DNA from: the human T2T-CHM13v2.0 reference genome, Homo sapiens
Direction: 5' to 3' (one strand)
Length of the DNA stretch: 64,000 nt
Assembly (NCBI RefSeq): GCF_009914755.1
Contig: NC_060928.1
Positions within the stretch are counted from its first letter, which is position 1, and each line of letters starts with the position of its first letter. Under the pieces are notes generated by a model. It did no database searches, had not been told where the DNA came from, and worked only from the letters and a program-made list of their open reading frames with translations. This document shows, piece after piece, positions 25,724-46,851 of this stretch. The position numbers were made by a program, and so were the translations under genes.

Positions 25724-26017
25724 GGCCAGGCACGGTGGCTCACACCTGTAATCCCAGCACTTTGGGAGGCCGAGGCAGGCAGATCATGAGATCAGGAGTT
25801 CAAGACCAGCCTGGACAAGATGGTGAAACCCCTGTCTCTACTAAATATACAAAAAATTAGCCAGGCATGGTGGTGGATACCTGTAATCCCAGCTACTCGG
25901 GAGGTTGAGGCAGAGAACTGCTTGAACTCGGGAAGTGGAGGTTGCAGTGAGCCAAGATCACGCCACTGCACTCCAGCCTGGGTGACAGAGTGAAACACCG
26001 TCTCGAAACAGAAAAAA
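25724..26017 (+). mobile_element. AluS (Sg/Sc-like)
   Basis: TSD aagagaatttcca at 25711-25723 and 26018-26030. Confidence 0.97.
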
Positions 26018-26390
26018 AAGAGAATTTCCAATTTTAACCAAAATTTGATTCTGTCTAGACTGAATCCGATCTTAATATACTTCTCATAAAGGTGTCAGAA
26101 GCTATGTGATTGCTTCTTTTTCGGTTGTGAATATAAAATTAATGAGAATATAGAAAGTGCCTATGAGCTCATTTATCTCAAGACCTTAGACGCGTTAGAG
26201 AAATCAATCTCATAATACTCACTGAATTTGTGAGCTAAAAAGTGCTATAACAATGCGGTTCTTTAGGTACATGCGAGATATTCTTAAAACTTGGCAGATT
26301 CTCAACAAGATAGTGATGGGGCTGGGTGTCAATGAAAGAGTGGTTGTTAGGAAAGTGGGAACAGGATGAGGTGTTTCATTTAGAGATTTA

Positions 26391-26468
26391 TCCTATGAGG
26401 ATGTAAGGGAGTACTTCTCCCTCCAAATCTCCTATGAGGATGTAAGGGAGTACTTCTCCCTCCACATC
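26391..26468 (+). repeat. 39-bp tandem duplication
   Basis: tcctatgaggatgtaagggagtacttctccctcca(a/c)atc twice, one mismatch. Confidence 0.97.
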
Positions 26469-26643
26469 ATAAGGGGACTTGCACTCTCCTGTCCACATGT
26501 TTCCTCTGCTGATGAGTCATCTTTCAAGTGTCGATCCTATTTCCATAGGGAGGGCTCACCTCCCCACATCCCACTGGTTGTACTGCTGAGAACAGGCTCT
26601 CACTCCTTAAAGACAGAAAAAGGAGGGAACAGCTTTCAGTCAC

Positions 26644-26824
26644 TTTATGAGAGAACCATGTAACACCCAGGGTAGTTCACTATGGAATGGATCATCTTAA
26701 GAAGTGATTAGTTTCCTGCCACCAGAAACATTCTGACCATTTACTGGCATCGATAATATAAAAACATGAATTGGATTGATTGTGGTAGAATTAATGAAAA
26801 TTTCCCATCTGTGATTTAGTGAAA
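26644..26824 (-). pseudogene. Fossil exon
   Basis: Acceptor tttttttatacttctccAG, donor GTGACT; 181 nt, phase 2->0; FTKSQMGNFH*FYHNQSNSCFYIIDASKWSECFWWQETNHFLR. Confidence 0.65.
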
Positions 26825-27169
26825 CTGGAGAAGTATAAAAAAACCAAAGATATAAAATTAGAAATTGGATGATTTTGCAAAGGATCATAGAATTTACACA
26901 CCCAGTGGAAAATAAATCTTTATAAATTAGGATTTACATCTTCACGTAAGGTGTGTGCCACTGATACTGCAATATTAAACATATAGAATATAATACTAAA
27001 ATAAAAGAAAGCCCCATGGAAATGGACTTTGCATAAGAAAATAAGCATGTAACAATAAGAATCTAATTACTGCCCTTTAAAGAATTACTACAGAAAGTCC
27101 ATTGCTTTACTTACTGGTCACTGGTTCAGCTGAAATGACTTATTCTAACTTTTGTCTTGCTAACCTTTT

Positions 27170-28625
<1,456 letters not shown>

Positions 28626-29185
28626 AACCTTTTTTAAAGCAAGCTTATGTTAAATTAAATTGGAATTGGGTATCTTCCATATTGGCAATATTTATGTTAT
28701 GGGGAGTACCGAAGCACCACGCATAGACAGTTTTTATTGACCTGGCTTCCTTTCCCCTCTTCTCTCTTAGTTTTTAGTTTCTAGTTTCACTTTTATGTAT
28801 CCCTTGTGGAAGATTAATTTTATTAAATATCACATTTTGCAACACTGGGATTATGATAAACAGAAATTTAGAATCCTCTGTGTACTCTGCAAAACATTAA
28901 AATGACAGAAATATGCATTAAAAAGAATAGAGAGTGTAATGACACTTCATGTAGCGTATTACTTGCTTCTCCCAATCCTTCCCACCTCTTTCTTACCAAT
29001 TATTGAGGTGGGTTAAGCACCTAATGTACTAGATTCTGGGTGGCAAATAGTGAATGTAGAGCAGGGTAAGAGGAAAGACAGAATGTTTGCAAACAGGTAA
29101 AGGCACATCATTGGACTATAAAGAATGAGATAAATTAGTTTATAAGAAGGAGAAATTTTAAGACTTTTCAATCTAAAAAAATGCC

Positions 29186-32362
<3,177 letters not shown>

Positions 32363-32394
32363 AAATGTCAGGTTCAGGATAATAAGAAATTCTA

Positions 32395-32758
32395 TTTCTA
32401 GGGTTTAAATTTATCCTTCAAATAGCATGTGTCAAAAACTTAATTTGCAATACAACCGTGCTGGGAGGTGAGGCCTAGTGAGAGGGGATTCGGCCATGCA
32501 GTCTCTGCTCTCATGAATGGATTAATACCATCATTGTGGAAGTGTGTTTCTTATAAAAGAACAAGTTTGGCCCCTGTTACTCTTTCTCATATGCTTGCCT
32601 TCCACCATGGGATGATGTGGCAAGAAAGCCCTCTCCAGATGCTGGCACCTTTATACTGGATTGCCCAGCCTCTAGAACTATGAAAAATTGATTTATTTTC
32701 TTTGTAAGTTACCCAGTCTCTGGTATTGTGTTTTAGCAGCACAAAATGGGTTGAGACA
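32395..32758 (+). mobile_element. MaLR solo LTR (MST family)
   Basis: ctctcatgaatggattaat...ccagcctctagaactatga...ttacccagtctctggtatt...gagaca. Confidence 0.85.
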
Positions 32759-33666
32759 CCTATAAGCTGGGTTTCATTCATATTCATATTACCAACTTAT
32801 TTTATACATTGAGCTGTCAGCTGTGCCTGTTTATGCAGCAATAGTTGGGAATTACAATGGTTAATTACAAATTTATATCCAAATTCTGCTTTGGGTAAAG
32901 TAGTAAGTTGGTGTTTAAAGAATAAAAAAATCCCACAGGAGATAGTGACTGCCCTCCAAAAAAATCTACTATCAAAATGGAGGTGGAGGAACACACACAT
33001 AAAAAGGCAAATGGTAATTTACAATAAGCACCAAGTAAATATAACTGTTATAAACATTCTGAGAGACTGGTGTAGACTTGAGGAATCAGAAAATAGGTCA
33101 CCGAGAAACTAGTGCAAGATTTAGAGAGGTGGAGGGGGAGAGGGCAGAAATGTGATGAGCACAGAGAGTAGAGCAATTCAGAGGAAGTGGAGGAAAGCCC
33201 TGGGAGTTCAGATGGGAGCAACTGGATTGCTTCCGGTTGCGGGAAGCCTTAAAGCCAGCTTATAAAATATAGACATTATCCTGTTTACAGTGTCTCAAAA
33301 ACGCTGACCCATGTGGCGCAGAGCATAGCAATTATAATATTCAAGCCAATAAACACTTAGTACATTTAGAGCAAATAATAACTTAAAAAATAGGCAATAT
33401 TAATAACTTTAATAATGCATCTTTATTCCAAAAAATTCAAGATAATTCTCAAATAAAATTTTAGTTAACTTTTTATAAAACATATTGAAAGTAGTAAAAG
33501 TATAAGATTAAAAAATGCTCATATAAAAGAATAGAAGATGGACTTTCTAAGATAAACCTGATACTAAAATGTGGGTTTCCAAAGCCTTATAAGAAACGTT
33601 CTGCCATGTCACCTACTAGTAACATGTGAATGGTCTTTAAGATATTAGAGAAACTAGAAACGTTTT

Positions 33667-35784
<2,118 letters not shown>

Positions 35785-36847
35785 AACTAGAAAAGTTTTA
35801 ATAGATTTTCAAAGCCCAAGGCCTATATAGGAGAAAGAAACAAACTGAAGGAAAAAAACAAAAAACAAAAACAAAAACAAACCTTATGTAATTAAACTGA
35901 TTAACTATTAAACTGCTTTATTTAAAAATATATATTAATATCTATTTCTATATGATGCAGAAAAGAATGTTATTCTAAATTGAGGTCCTTTTTTTCTTAT
36001 ATTAAAAATAAACCAAGTTCCAGCAATGTCCTATTTTTTTCTTTTTAAGACCTTGAAAGGGAGACATATGAAGCCCAACATCTCAAATGGGTGCACCGGT
36101 AAATGAACCCCACACTTCATCCCACTCCCACTCTCTAACACCAAACACAAACTCCATTGCAAGTTTTCAGAAACCTGCCCACATTTAAGAACTTCTAATT
36201 AAAGAATAATAGTTAATACCTAGCATCTATATAAAACATAACTATTTGGTGAAACTTGATGTTTTCACATACATTATTATCTTTTGAACTTGGACTTCAA
36301 AGCTGGAGAAAAATATATCATGAATTTATAGAAAGGAAATAGAGATAGAGAATATTGCAATGATCTGACTAAAATCAGATGCTGAAGAAAGGGCATGACT
36401 TTCTGGTTTTATCACCAAAGCTTAATTTCAAAGCATGGAGGCTTCATTTCAGAAATTTACTGCTGTGTGTAAAGGGACTGTTAAATATTGCTGTTCTATA
36501 AGAGCTTTTGTTTCATTTCATTTCATTTCAGCAATTTTCCAGGAGGAGGAAATGGCTGTATACTAAAGGGTCAGAGATTATAACAGCAGCAATTAAGATG
36601 AGATTCTGCCTATAGCATTAGCTCATTGTCTACTGCTCAAACATAAGGTAAATTCTATGAAAGGTGTGTGTAGACTGCAGCCAGCAAGGGGTAGATAGAC
36701 TGGGGAGGATTAGAATGACGCAGTTTATTTTGTGTTCACTCAGCATGAAGGCTTTAAATAGGCCTATATCATGTCTTGCCACTAACATGGGCCTTGATTT
36801 CTTCTTGATGATTTAGCTTCAGTTCAGTGACTAGTTTAATATCTTAC

Positions 36848-37156
36848 CCATATCTTCCTACATAAGAATTTCCTAATACCTCGGCCCCCTTGGGTGCATC
36901 CTCAGGGATCATGAATGGCTTCTTTTTGCGTTCGTTTTCAGCTATAATTATTTCTAGAGCCACCACCCTCCTGTAAAGTGTGCACCCTGACACCCAGGCT
37001 CTGCTACTTACTCACCCATTGACTGCTATCTAAACTTGCCACTGTCATTGATCCTCCTAAATACTGATTTCCCACCCAGATGTTCTCATATTGCATTGCA
37101 CTGCTCACAGCCCACCTCCAACAATCCTGGCACCCACGTATGGTTGACAAGAAATT
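36848..37156 (-). pseudogene. Fossil exon
   Basis: Acceptor gttcacttcAG, donor TGG|GTAAGA; NFLSTIRGCQDCWRWAVSSAMQYENIWVGNQYLGG.../RVVALEIIIAENERKKKPFMIPEDAPKGAEVLGNSYVGRY. Confidence 0.75.
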
Positions 37157-37305
37157 CTGAAGTGAACTTCAAATTACAGTAACCAAGAGAGAATTGTTTA
37201 AAGTTGATCAAATTCTTAAATTTCCCAAGTAAATAACCCTATAATGCCTCAGTTCATCACACTGGTTGTATTAATGGGATATTTTCTTTTAAAAAAATAA
37301 ATTTT

Positions 37306-37460
37306 AGCTAGATGTGGTGGTCCTGTGCCTGTAGTCCCACAGCTACTTGGAAGCCTGAGGCAGAAGGATCGCTTGAGCCCAGGAATTTGAGACTGCAGTG
37401 AACAATGATGGTGCCTCCAGCCTGGGCAACAGAGTAAGACTCTATAAATAAATACATAAA
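37306..37460 (+). mobile_element. Alu monomer (FRAM/FAM-like)
   Basis: cctgtagtccc...ggatcgcttgagcccagg...cagcctgggcaacagag. Confidence 0.9.
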
Positions 37461-37809
37461 TTTTTATTATTTTTTAGAAAATGTTACTCCAATTGGCAAA
37501 ACAATACATATAAATTTTAGAAAATGTAAAAGAGAAAAAAACAGAAAAAATACAAGAATCATTCATATTTCTCAGTGAATATTAATATGAAACACACAGC
37601 AAAGGTTCATTTTGCTAATTTCACTTAGCATTTTATCATAAACATTTTCTCACAACATTAATAATTCTTTGAATGCTTTTAGGTGCTGTATGATTTTCCA
37701 TCATATGAATATATGATAGTTTATTTAATCATTGCCCCAAGGTCTTTTTCTTAGCTTATGGAAACTGCTCTAAGGTGAGTCTAAACAGGGACACTAATAA
37801 GCCCATTAC

Positions 37810-38031
37810 CATGTACTCAGAAAAAGTGACATATCCCTTGGCCATATTCTCATTAATTTTAGAGTGGAAAATGTCCTGAGAGTCTTCTCAGATGGAAAAA
37901 TCACTACACACCTAAGCACAGCAGCTTTCCAGGCCACACAAAGCCAGTGGGGATGGATTCTCTCCACATCATAGGTAAAGGGTTGATGTGAAAACAATAC
38001 CAAACTTAATTCAAACGCCGCTCTTTCAAAA
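37810..38031 (-). pseudogene. Fossil exon
   Basis: Donor ATG|GTAATG; acceptor ttcattttcAA (AG lost); FERAAFELSLVLFSHQPFTYDVERIHPHWLCVAWKAAVLR/SDFSI*EDSQDIFHSKINENMAKGYVTFSEYM. Confidence 0.75.
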
Positions 38032-38129
38032 TTGAAAATGAAGTGCCCAAGATATTTTTAGAAATGCAAGATAAAAAATTATCAAAAGTAGATCTCAAAA
38101 TGGATTGGGCCATGTAAGGTTCTCTATAC

Positions 38130-38257
38130 CCCAATCTTGGCCCTGATGCTCCCTTTACTAGATAGACATTGGCAACCAAACTCAGGAGGTAGAAGACCCA
38201 ACATCCATTCCATCGAAATACTCATCTTCTAAGTCTTTGACTATCCCAAGATACCCT
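38130..38257 (-). pseudogene. Fossil exon
   Basis: Acceptor tttgctctttacttcAG; GYLGIVKDLEDEYFDG/WVFYLLSLVANVYLVKGASGPRL with 1-nt frameshift; phase 2->2. Confidence 0.75.
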
Positions 38258-38879
38258 CTGAAGTAAAGAGCAAATGACAAAAGTGCTACAGAATCAGGGA
38301 TGGGCCGATCAATTACACACGTTTATTTGTTTAATCCCCAAGATAAAAACATATGGAATACCCACAAGGATGTTTTGCTTCTAGTAACTGCCCATCAGAA
38401 GTGGAACTTCGTGAAGAAGATAAATTACCCTTAGCAATAAACAATTAATAAGGAACAAGTCAGCCAGAAAGTCCACTAGACTCTAAATTACTAGGAAACA
38501 AGAACTGACTTGTCCATTCTTGTATCCCTAGCATCCAATCCACTGTATGGACCAATATTTACCCACAATAGAAACTCAGTTAGTGTTAAGCTGAATAGAG
38601 AAGCAGAACTATGAGCAGGATGCATATTCCAAAGCAACGATCAGTGGAACAAAAAGAATTCACGGCAAAACAAAGCAAATGACATGCTTGTTGCAGCAGC
38701 TAGGGTTCAAGCCCTGCAAGTAAGAAAATGTATCTGTAAGGATTTTCCTCAGAGGCCTCAAAGTCCTAGTCAAAGGATGGCAGTAATACCAAGCACTTTA
38801 ATCAATTGTGCATATAAAACTGTGATTTCAAACATCAAACAAAAGAAAAAATAAATGAATAGGGTGCAGAGCTAAGCAC

Positions 38880-40680
38880 TTTCTATTTGTTACTAGGATT
38901 AATAAAACATTTTAGAAGGGTTACTGAAAACAAAACAATATAAAACCAATTGCATTTCAAAACACCAGCAGCAAGGAGTCAGAAAATGTAATAAAGATGC
39001 TACTTTAAAATAGCATGAAAAAAAATCCACAAAGTAGTTAAGATTACACTTAACAAAATATATGCAATGCATTTCTGAAAATACTATAAAGCTTTACAAA
39101 ATATTAAAGGAAACTAAACAAATGGATAGATGTACCATATTCATATATTGGAAAATTATATAATGTATAGATGTCAGTTCTACTCAAATTGATCTATAGA
39201 ATCAATACAATTACAAACAAAGAATCAATGGGTTATTTTTGGTGATAGTGTTGGTATCTATCTACCTAAATATTTGCCTATCCATCTATGGATCTACCTA
39301 TGTATGTATGTATCTATCTATCACAAGCTAATTCCAAAATGTGTCTATTGGAAGAACTAATTATCGAGAATAGTCAAGACATTACTAAAGAAAAACAAGG
39401 TAGGAGGACCTGTCTTGCCAGATATCAAGTCTTATAATTTTTAAGCTATAAATAAAGTATTCAGACTATCAGGCTGTAGTTTAAGATGGTGGAGATTAGG
39501 GATAGACAAATAGAATGGCAGCAGTAAGAAGGACCCAGGATCAAAGACATATGGAAGCTTGATTTATTACAGGCCTGAATTAAAGGTCGGTAGAAAAAGG
39601 ATGGACTTTTCAGTAAAAGAGGCTGAGACAAAGTGGAAGAAAAATCACATTAGATCCCTACTTACACCATACACAAAAAATTCTATGTGGACTAAAGAAC
39701 TAAGGGTAAAAGATGAAAGTTTACAATTTTAAAAAAACAAGAGAACATAATATACTTAATGCTCTAGGGTAAAGAATGATTTCTTAAACATAAAAAGCCC
39801 AAATCATTAAGATATCCTGGATTATATCAAAATGGAGAACTTCTGTTTATTTCACTTTAAAAGTGAAAATTTAAGACACAATCTGGGAGATAATATTTGT
39901 AATATATTAAAATATTAGCATAAATATATAAAGCTCATATGCCAATCAATTAAACAATGACTAATAAGAAATATCACAACTCTTCACAAAAGGAGCAATA
40001 AAAAAACCCCAAAATTTGGGCAATGTAATTTGGAAAGCAAATTGGTATTATGCAGTAAGATGTAAATACATTCATACACTGTAAGCTAACAATACAAATC
40101 CTAGGTGTGTGTGTATATGTATACACTTTTTTCATGTTATATATATGTGTGTGTATATACATATATATATTCATGCATAGGAGCATGCACAAGAATATGC
40201 ATCCAGTATTATTTGTAATGGACAAATATAATTCAGGAATAAAGTTGATTAATAAAGCATGGTATACTCATTTTGGGGAATACTGTTTAGAAATGAATAA
40301 CTACCGGTGTATGCAATAATACAGATGAATGTTAGACATATAACATTAAGTGAAAATGCAAGTTATAGAAGAATTTGACAAACATAATGATTTCATTTAT
40401 ATAACTTTAAATGCATGAAAAACCAAAAAAGATATTCTTTAGGATAAAGAAATACAGATAAACTCTAAAGAAAAAGCAAGGAAACTGTAGCCACAAACTT
40501 CAAAATAGTATTTATGTCTTAGGAAGAACAGACAGATGCCAACCGGATGGGCACTGGAGAAGCTTCAAAGGCAATTGTTCTCTTTCTTAACCTGAGTGGT
40601 GGGTGTGTCAGAAACTGCCATATTTTCACTTTGTATACCTTATGCATATTTTATAGTTTTTTGTTGTTGTTGTTTTTCTG
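38880..40680 (+). mobile_element. Ancient L1ME ORF2/3' fragment
   Basis: caaattgatctatagaatcaatacaatt; cttacaccatacacaaaaa. Confidence 0.75.
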
Positions 40681-41044
40681 AAATAGGTAACAAAAATAAA
40701 GCAAAGAGATAGTGCTGTTGTAAGTTCCTCTTAATGTCCTTGGGCTGATAACTTTTCCTTTTTAAAGCTGTTTTTCAGTTTGTAAAATGAATTTTAACAG
40801 GATTCCCTTCACGAGGCTGTGTGAAAAACATAGCAGAGCTTAGAACAGTATCTGTCACATAGTAGGAGGTTAAAAAATGCTAATTATCATCATTATTCTC
40901 ATCAATATCATTGTATCTATTTTACCAAAGCAACCATCAATGCGGCCAAAAAAACTATGTCATCTCTGTTCACCCAATGCTTTAGTCCTCTCTACAACCA
41001 ATACAAATAAATCAGATTAATAAACTGTACCTTTAATCAACTAC

Positions 41045-41183
41045 CTTTAAAATCTTTTATATCCTACTGTTCATATCACTACAAATCCTTTTTCTAAAAC
41101 TTCCATAGTTGCTGTGTCAATTTAATAAGCCTCCTATATTTTCTCGCCTAATTTAATCACTATTTCCAATTTAAGAATATTAT
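41045..41183 (-). pseudogene. Fossil exon
   Basis: Acceptor tttttctcatattAG, donor AAG|GTAGTT; 139 nt, phase 1->2; NILKLEIVIKLGEKI*EAY*IDTATMEVLEKGFVVI*TVGYKRF*. Confidence 0.65.
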
Positions 41184-41489
41184 CTAATATGAGAAAAATG
41201 TACAATCCTTCCACGTTCATTGCATTTTACATCCATTCCTCCTAAAATAAAACCCCTTATTGTTGAATTTGGTTACAGTATTCATTTATGATATAATAAA
41301 TGTGAGGATCTTGAAGATAATCATCGTTCTACATGCATCTTCTCATAGGTGACAAGGACATTTAAACATGCTTAAGAGATGCTTGTAGAATGAATGATAG
41401 GTTGTAAAATGAATGAATTAAGGAGAAGTAAACAGACTTGGAGGATTCTTGTTCGATTTGAAGGGCAGAGCAGAATTTTTGCCTCTCAT

Positions 41490-42070
41490 TTGTTCAAAGA
41501 CAACAGTGCCATGAAAATGATAAAAATCAACATAAAAGGGAAAAATATATTAAAAGAATCGAGGGTTCGGCAGTCAAATTATTAAATTCTTAACAGGGAG
41601 AAAGTTGCTGGAAACCTGTTAAGAATAAAACAGAAGAGAAGACACTCTAACCAGGGAATGAGTACTCTGAACATGCTCTGTGCTAAAGTCAGTAGACACG
41701 GTTGATAGCAGGCAAAAGGGATGCTGAACAGAGAAGAGGTAAAAAAGTCTGTCTGCAGAAAGGCTACCCATGGAGATCCCCTCTTTCTGCCAAAATATAA
41801 AGGCAGAGCCACCAGCAGCTTAACATTTATATTCTGGCACAAAAAAAAGTCTAAAAGAGCTCTTTCCTCAGATTTAAATAATTGCTGCAGAAACTAGACT
41901 ATTGATAATGAAGTTGGCACCTACCTATTCTGGCATTTGTGAGTTCTCAGCCTTAGAGGAAGGTTTCTGTTCATTCACCCTAGAACATCGGTTGACATTT
42001 ACAAGACCTATCCACATCCAGAGAGTTTCCAAAAGGCTCCTCTATTCACAGAAACTGATGCGGAAAACAG

Positions 42071-42119
<49 letters not shown>

Positions 42120-44280
42120 TGTGTGTAATAGCAGAGAACAAAATTATACTGCCTACCTAGATGATGAATCTAGTTCCATATTCTCAAACATAAACAGAAA
42201 ATTGGAAATAATTAAACATATTGCCACCGTAAAAGAGAAAGACAAATAGAAAAACTGAGATTATATTCATCAGTGAAGTTCAAGAAAGCAAAATGCTAGC
42301 ATTTATTTAGAGCTTACTATGTGCCATGCTCTCAACTGAGAATTTGACATGCTTAATCTAATGGAATGTTCCTAGTGTCCTTATAAAAAAGCAGATAGAG
42401 AGCTCTAGATTCAGAGAAATTAAGAAACATGTCTAATGTCACACAGTAAGTGACTGAGCCAAAATAGGCACCCAGGTGTTCTAAAATCTCTATTCTTAGA
42501 CTTACGTTCTACTGCCTTTTGAAACATAGCACCTATAAAACAAGAAATCTGCTATATAATAAGATTGCAAAAAAAGCTTCCATAAATGTCAGTCATGATT
42601 ACCATCAGAAAAACAGGAAGATAAAGTCAAAGAATTTTCCTGGAACACAGAGCAAAAAGGCGAAGAGAAGAGAATTTGAGCTAAGAGAGAAAAGACATAA
42701 AATATCTATATCTAGGTGATTGTACTCCTACAAAATGAAGACAGAAAATATTTGGAATCATCAAATTTCCCAAACTGATAAAAGAAAACAAATCTAGACA
42801 AATTTTCATGACATTTTATATCCCTAACATAAAGGGAATATCCTAAGTGCTTCCAAAGTAAAAGAAAATAATAAAAGATTGCTAACAAAAAAAAATGGCA
42901 ATCATTTTGTCATTTTTATCATTAAATGTTATAAAATAAAATTAGAGTAATGCATTAAGAATTTATTGGAAAAAGATTAAACCTAAATTGTCTATTTTCA
43001 AATGTGAGGTAAAATAAATATGTTTTCAGATATTCAAGAATTCAGGAAATTTATCTGCCATATACTCCTCTGAGGAAGTCACTTGAGGATGGTCTCATCA
43101 AAACAAGAATGGAAATCAAGAAAGGGAAAGACACAAGAAATAACAACAACAACAGAAGTAAGCCAGAATAAAGTGAAAAGAAATATCACTTATGCAGAAA
43201 GCCTAAAGAACAATTGATTTCAATAGGGACAGAAAAACACTGGAGCATCAATAGAAAAATCTCAAATCACAAAAATTACATAGATTCTAATCAATATAAC
43301 AAAAATAAGTCAAATGAAATTACTGATATTACAAAAAGGCACCTATTTCTTTACTGTTACCAAAGGAAGGACAGGAGAGGGAAGAAGAGAAACACTAGGA
43401 AAAATAGAAAACTATTTTTACACATAAAAAGCAACCCAAAATGTGGCATGATTTTGAGCAATTAGCGGAGTACAAGAAAACAACACTACTCATGTGACCT
43501 TGATGATAGATTCAAGAGGATAAGAAGTGGGTAATTGGGCCCATGAAGAAGGAAAATAATCTTAGCTCATCATCTTTAGCATTTACTTAGAGTTAAAGCA
43601 TGAAAAAACTTATTATGGTTTCAGAACAGAATGTGAATATTTTCTACTTACCTTAATAATGTTCAAGTGAAGTTATAGCTCACAGATGTTGGAAGATGGA
43701 GTTAAGTAAATATGTAGGAAAGAGGAGAGGTGCTAATACCCCCCAAACATGAGGAATAAGGAGTCTCCATGTAAAGACTACAGAACAAGAGTAGAAATTA
43801 AAATGTGTCATCAAAAGTGATGCAGATACATAATTGAAGAACTTTTCTGAAATATGTTACTATTCAAAATTTAAAAAGGGAAGGAATTGTGTGGGGGAGA
43901 TTGCATAATGAGATAAACTACTATATTTCACAGTAAGAAGTAGAGAAGTAGAGATAAGCCGAAAGTTGATAAATCAATTAGTATATTATTTATTTAAAGT
44001 ATATATAAGTACATATACAGTATACAATGTGTATGTATGTGTATATGTTTGTGTGTGTGTGTGTGTGTGTGTATAAAGTATACTAAAGTTATAGCCTTAA
44101 CTAATAGGAGAACAAAAACCGGAAATGGTGTGATGGTTAAAGTGTTTATAGGAGCAGTAGGATGGGGACCATGAGAGACTGATGCTTTCCTTGATTAACA
44201 CTTTGGTAGTACTGGACTTTACCCATGAGCACATAATACACTGCTAATTTTTTTTAAAGAATGAAATAAATTTTATAAAA
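41490..44280 (+). mobile_element. HAL1-like element (interrupted by (TG)n and MIR)
   Basis: gaaatttatctgccatatactcctctgaggaagtcacttgaggatggtctc resembles recalled HAL1 consensus; 5' boundary uncertain. Confidence 0.55.
42072..42118. repeat. (TG)n microsatellite
   Basis: About 23 perfect TG units. Confidence 0.98.
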
Positions 44281-45417
44281 ACACTAGAGTTAAATATTGG
44301 GATGAATGTCCATGGAATATCATTATAGAAAAGGAATTCTTAAATTCAATCTCCGTTAAAAGCTTTAAGACTAACATTATTTATAAATGCTACTTATACA
44401 ACCCCTTGTTCTGCTTTTCCCCATATATATTTCAGGATTACTTTCTCCTCATTACTTTCTAAAACTCATCGGTCTCAATATATTTTGAATAGTCATGTGC
44501 ATTTTTCAACAATTTTAAATTGTACACATTAAAAGGTATATATTTGTGGAAAAATTAGACAATTCCAAAAAACATACACTACAAATGATCATAATCCACC
44601 CTTCAGAAGCAACCACTTTTGATACTTTGGCAATTATCTCAATTATTTAACATAGCTGAAATTACAACACAGCTAATATTTTGCATTCTACTTTCAAAAA
44701 ATAATATAAAAATATGTATGCTATTAAAAGAACTATTAATTTAAAATATTTTAAGTAAATCTTGAAGGATTATAAAATAGTACATAAAAATGTAGAAAAT
44801 TCAAAAAGTAAAGTATAGAAGAGATAATAACCCTCATAATTCTATAATCTGGAGATGCTCAGTTTTAACATTGCAACATATTTCTCCACATATTTTCCCT
44901 GTATATACTATACATAGTGTGTTTTTAATAGTGCATCTAGTGTATCTGCAAGTTTGTTCCCTGTTTTGTTTTTACTAAATATTGTAACAAAAGTATTCCT
45001 CCCACATATAAATTTCTTTATGAATATCTTTTACATGTTTTATTTATCAAATTTTAATGAACTCTTGTTCTGCAATAAGTATTTTTTGTTCTTCCAATAT
45101 ATCAATTATTCAGATTATAAATAATGATGCAATGAACACTCTTATACATAAAATCTTTGCCTCTTTTGGATTATTTTCACAGCTTAAATTTCCAGAAGTA
45201 TAAATACTGAATCTAAAAGAAGTCCAATAAATTTAGACTATAGAAAGATCATTCTGAATGCAATAATTGGAAAAGCATTATAATTTAAGCAGGGTGATTC
45301 TTTGACTTATATAAAATGTTTTTGCATAAAAAATTAAAAGGGATAGGTGAGAGTTCTTTGTTAGCACTTTGAAAATGAGTGAGAAAACATGATGCCTTTT
45401 AGGTTGAATGTACGTAC

Positions 45418-45530
45418 AGCAACCTTAGCAATAACAGAAATAGCAATCTCCTTTCTCCCAAAAGTGAGTAATAATTTATACCAGGCAAACAAACACACTG
45501 CTTGTTTCATTTGTTTTATGGCCAGCATAT
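45418..45530 (-). pseudogene. Probable fossil exon
   Basis: Acceptor ctttactgcttccatgtAG, donor GTACGT; open MLAIKQMKQAVCLFAWYKLLLTFGRKEIAISVIAKVA. Confidence 0.55.
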
Positions 45531-46449
45531 CTACATGGAAGCAGTAAAGCAGGTAAAGATTCTGAGTCAAATACAAACTACTAGTACTTATTTACAAGGC
45601 TGTAAAGAATTTGCTTTAACAAATCATGTTTTCTCTCCTATCATAATGATTTTTGCATGGCATCAAGTTAAGATAATGATATAATATATGTATGATCAAA
45701 TGGAAATTGGATCACCAGAAATATTAAGCAATATTAAAGAATTTGAATTTTCATGAGATTTATATACAGATTCCTGAAAGGAAAGGGAAAACCCTAAAAA
45801 TTTGCTTGGATCTCTTAGTATTTTAAGTTCTAAAGGCAAAGCACTAAGTAACCTTATTATGTTAGTTAGCTTATAACCCTAAAACACCACAGGATGTTAT
45901 AGTATAATACTGACTTCTGTTTCAGGGATTTATGTTAATTACTTGTGTGTTACATGTTGGGGATCCCTTTTAGTATTTCCTCCTTAGTACTATGCTTGGA
46001 ACGTCTTATGTTTCCATTAAGTGATTAAAGGTGATTAAATGGTAGCCTTGAACTCAAGAAGAGGGAATAAACAGAAGACAGCACATTATTCAACTTTGGA
46101 AATTAGTAACAAACAAAGGGACTGTCTGAGAGTCCATCTGTAGAGAAGGTCACTTAAAGGATCTGAAGTAGATCCATGTTGGCTGGAAATAGATTTGATG
46201 AAGAGTGTGCTGGAGGAGGAATTGTCAAGAGATAAAGATGGAAAGGCTGACCAGAGACAGATCAAAGGGCCTTACATAGCAGATTAAAGTAGTGAAAAAA
46301 AAATGGAGTATGAAGATGAGACATAAAGAACAGGATAGTTGCAAAATAAGGAAAAAACTGGAGGTATGGTCAAAAGCGGAAAACAGGTGGTTGCAGTAAT
46401 CTAAGCAGGAGATGATAATGGCCAAAGTTCAGACAGTAGAACAGGGACA

Positions 46450-46851
46450 GTGTTATGGACTAAATTATCCTCCCATCCTAAAAACATTCACATATTGAAG
46501 CTCTAATCCCCAGTCCCTCAGAATGTAACTGTATTTGGAGAGAGGGCCTTTAGAAAGGCAGTTAGGTTAAAATGAGGCCATCAGGGCAAGCCCCAATCCA
46601 ATCTGACTGGAGTCATAAGAAGAGGAAATTTAGATACATGCAGAGACACCAGGGTTGCACGTGCACAGAAGGACTGTATGAGGACACAGCGAGTGGAGGC
46701 ATCTGCAAGCCAAGGAAAGAGGCCTCAGAAACCAAACCTGCCAACTCCATCTTCGACTTTCAGCCTCCAGAACTGTAAGAAAATAAATTTTGGTTGTTTA
46801 AGCCACACAATCTGTGGTATTTTATTATGCCAACCCAAGCAAACCAGTACA
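46450..46851 (+). mobile_element. MaLR solo LTR (MLT1B-like) in L2
   Basis: tgttatggactaaatt...cagaatgtaactgtatttggaga...cagcctccagaactgtaagaaaataaattt. Confidence 0.88.

Noticed and set aside
41925-42041. AG...GTAGGT-bounded 117-nt candidate exon on the minus strand
   Set aside because: The sequence resembles the surrounding HAL1-like repeat, so the splice signals are probably coincidental.
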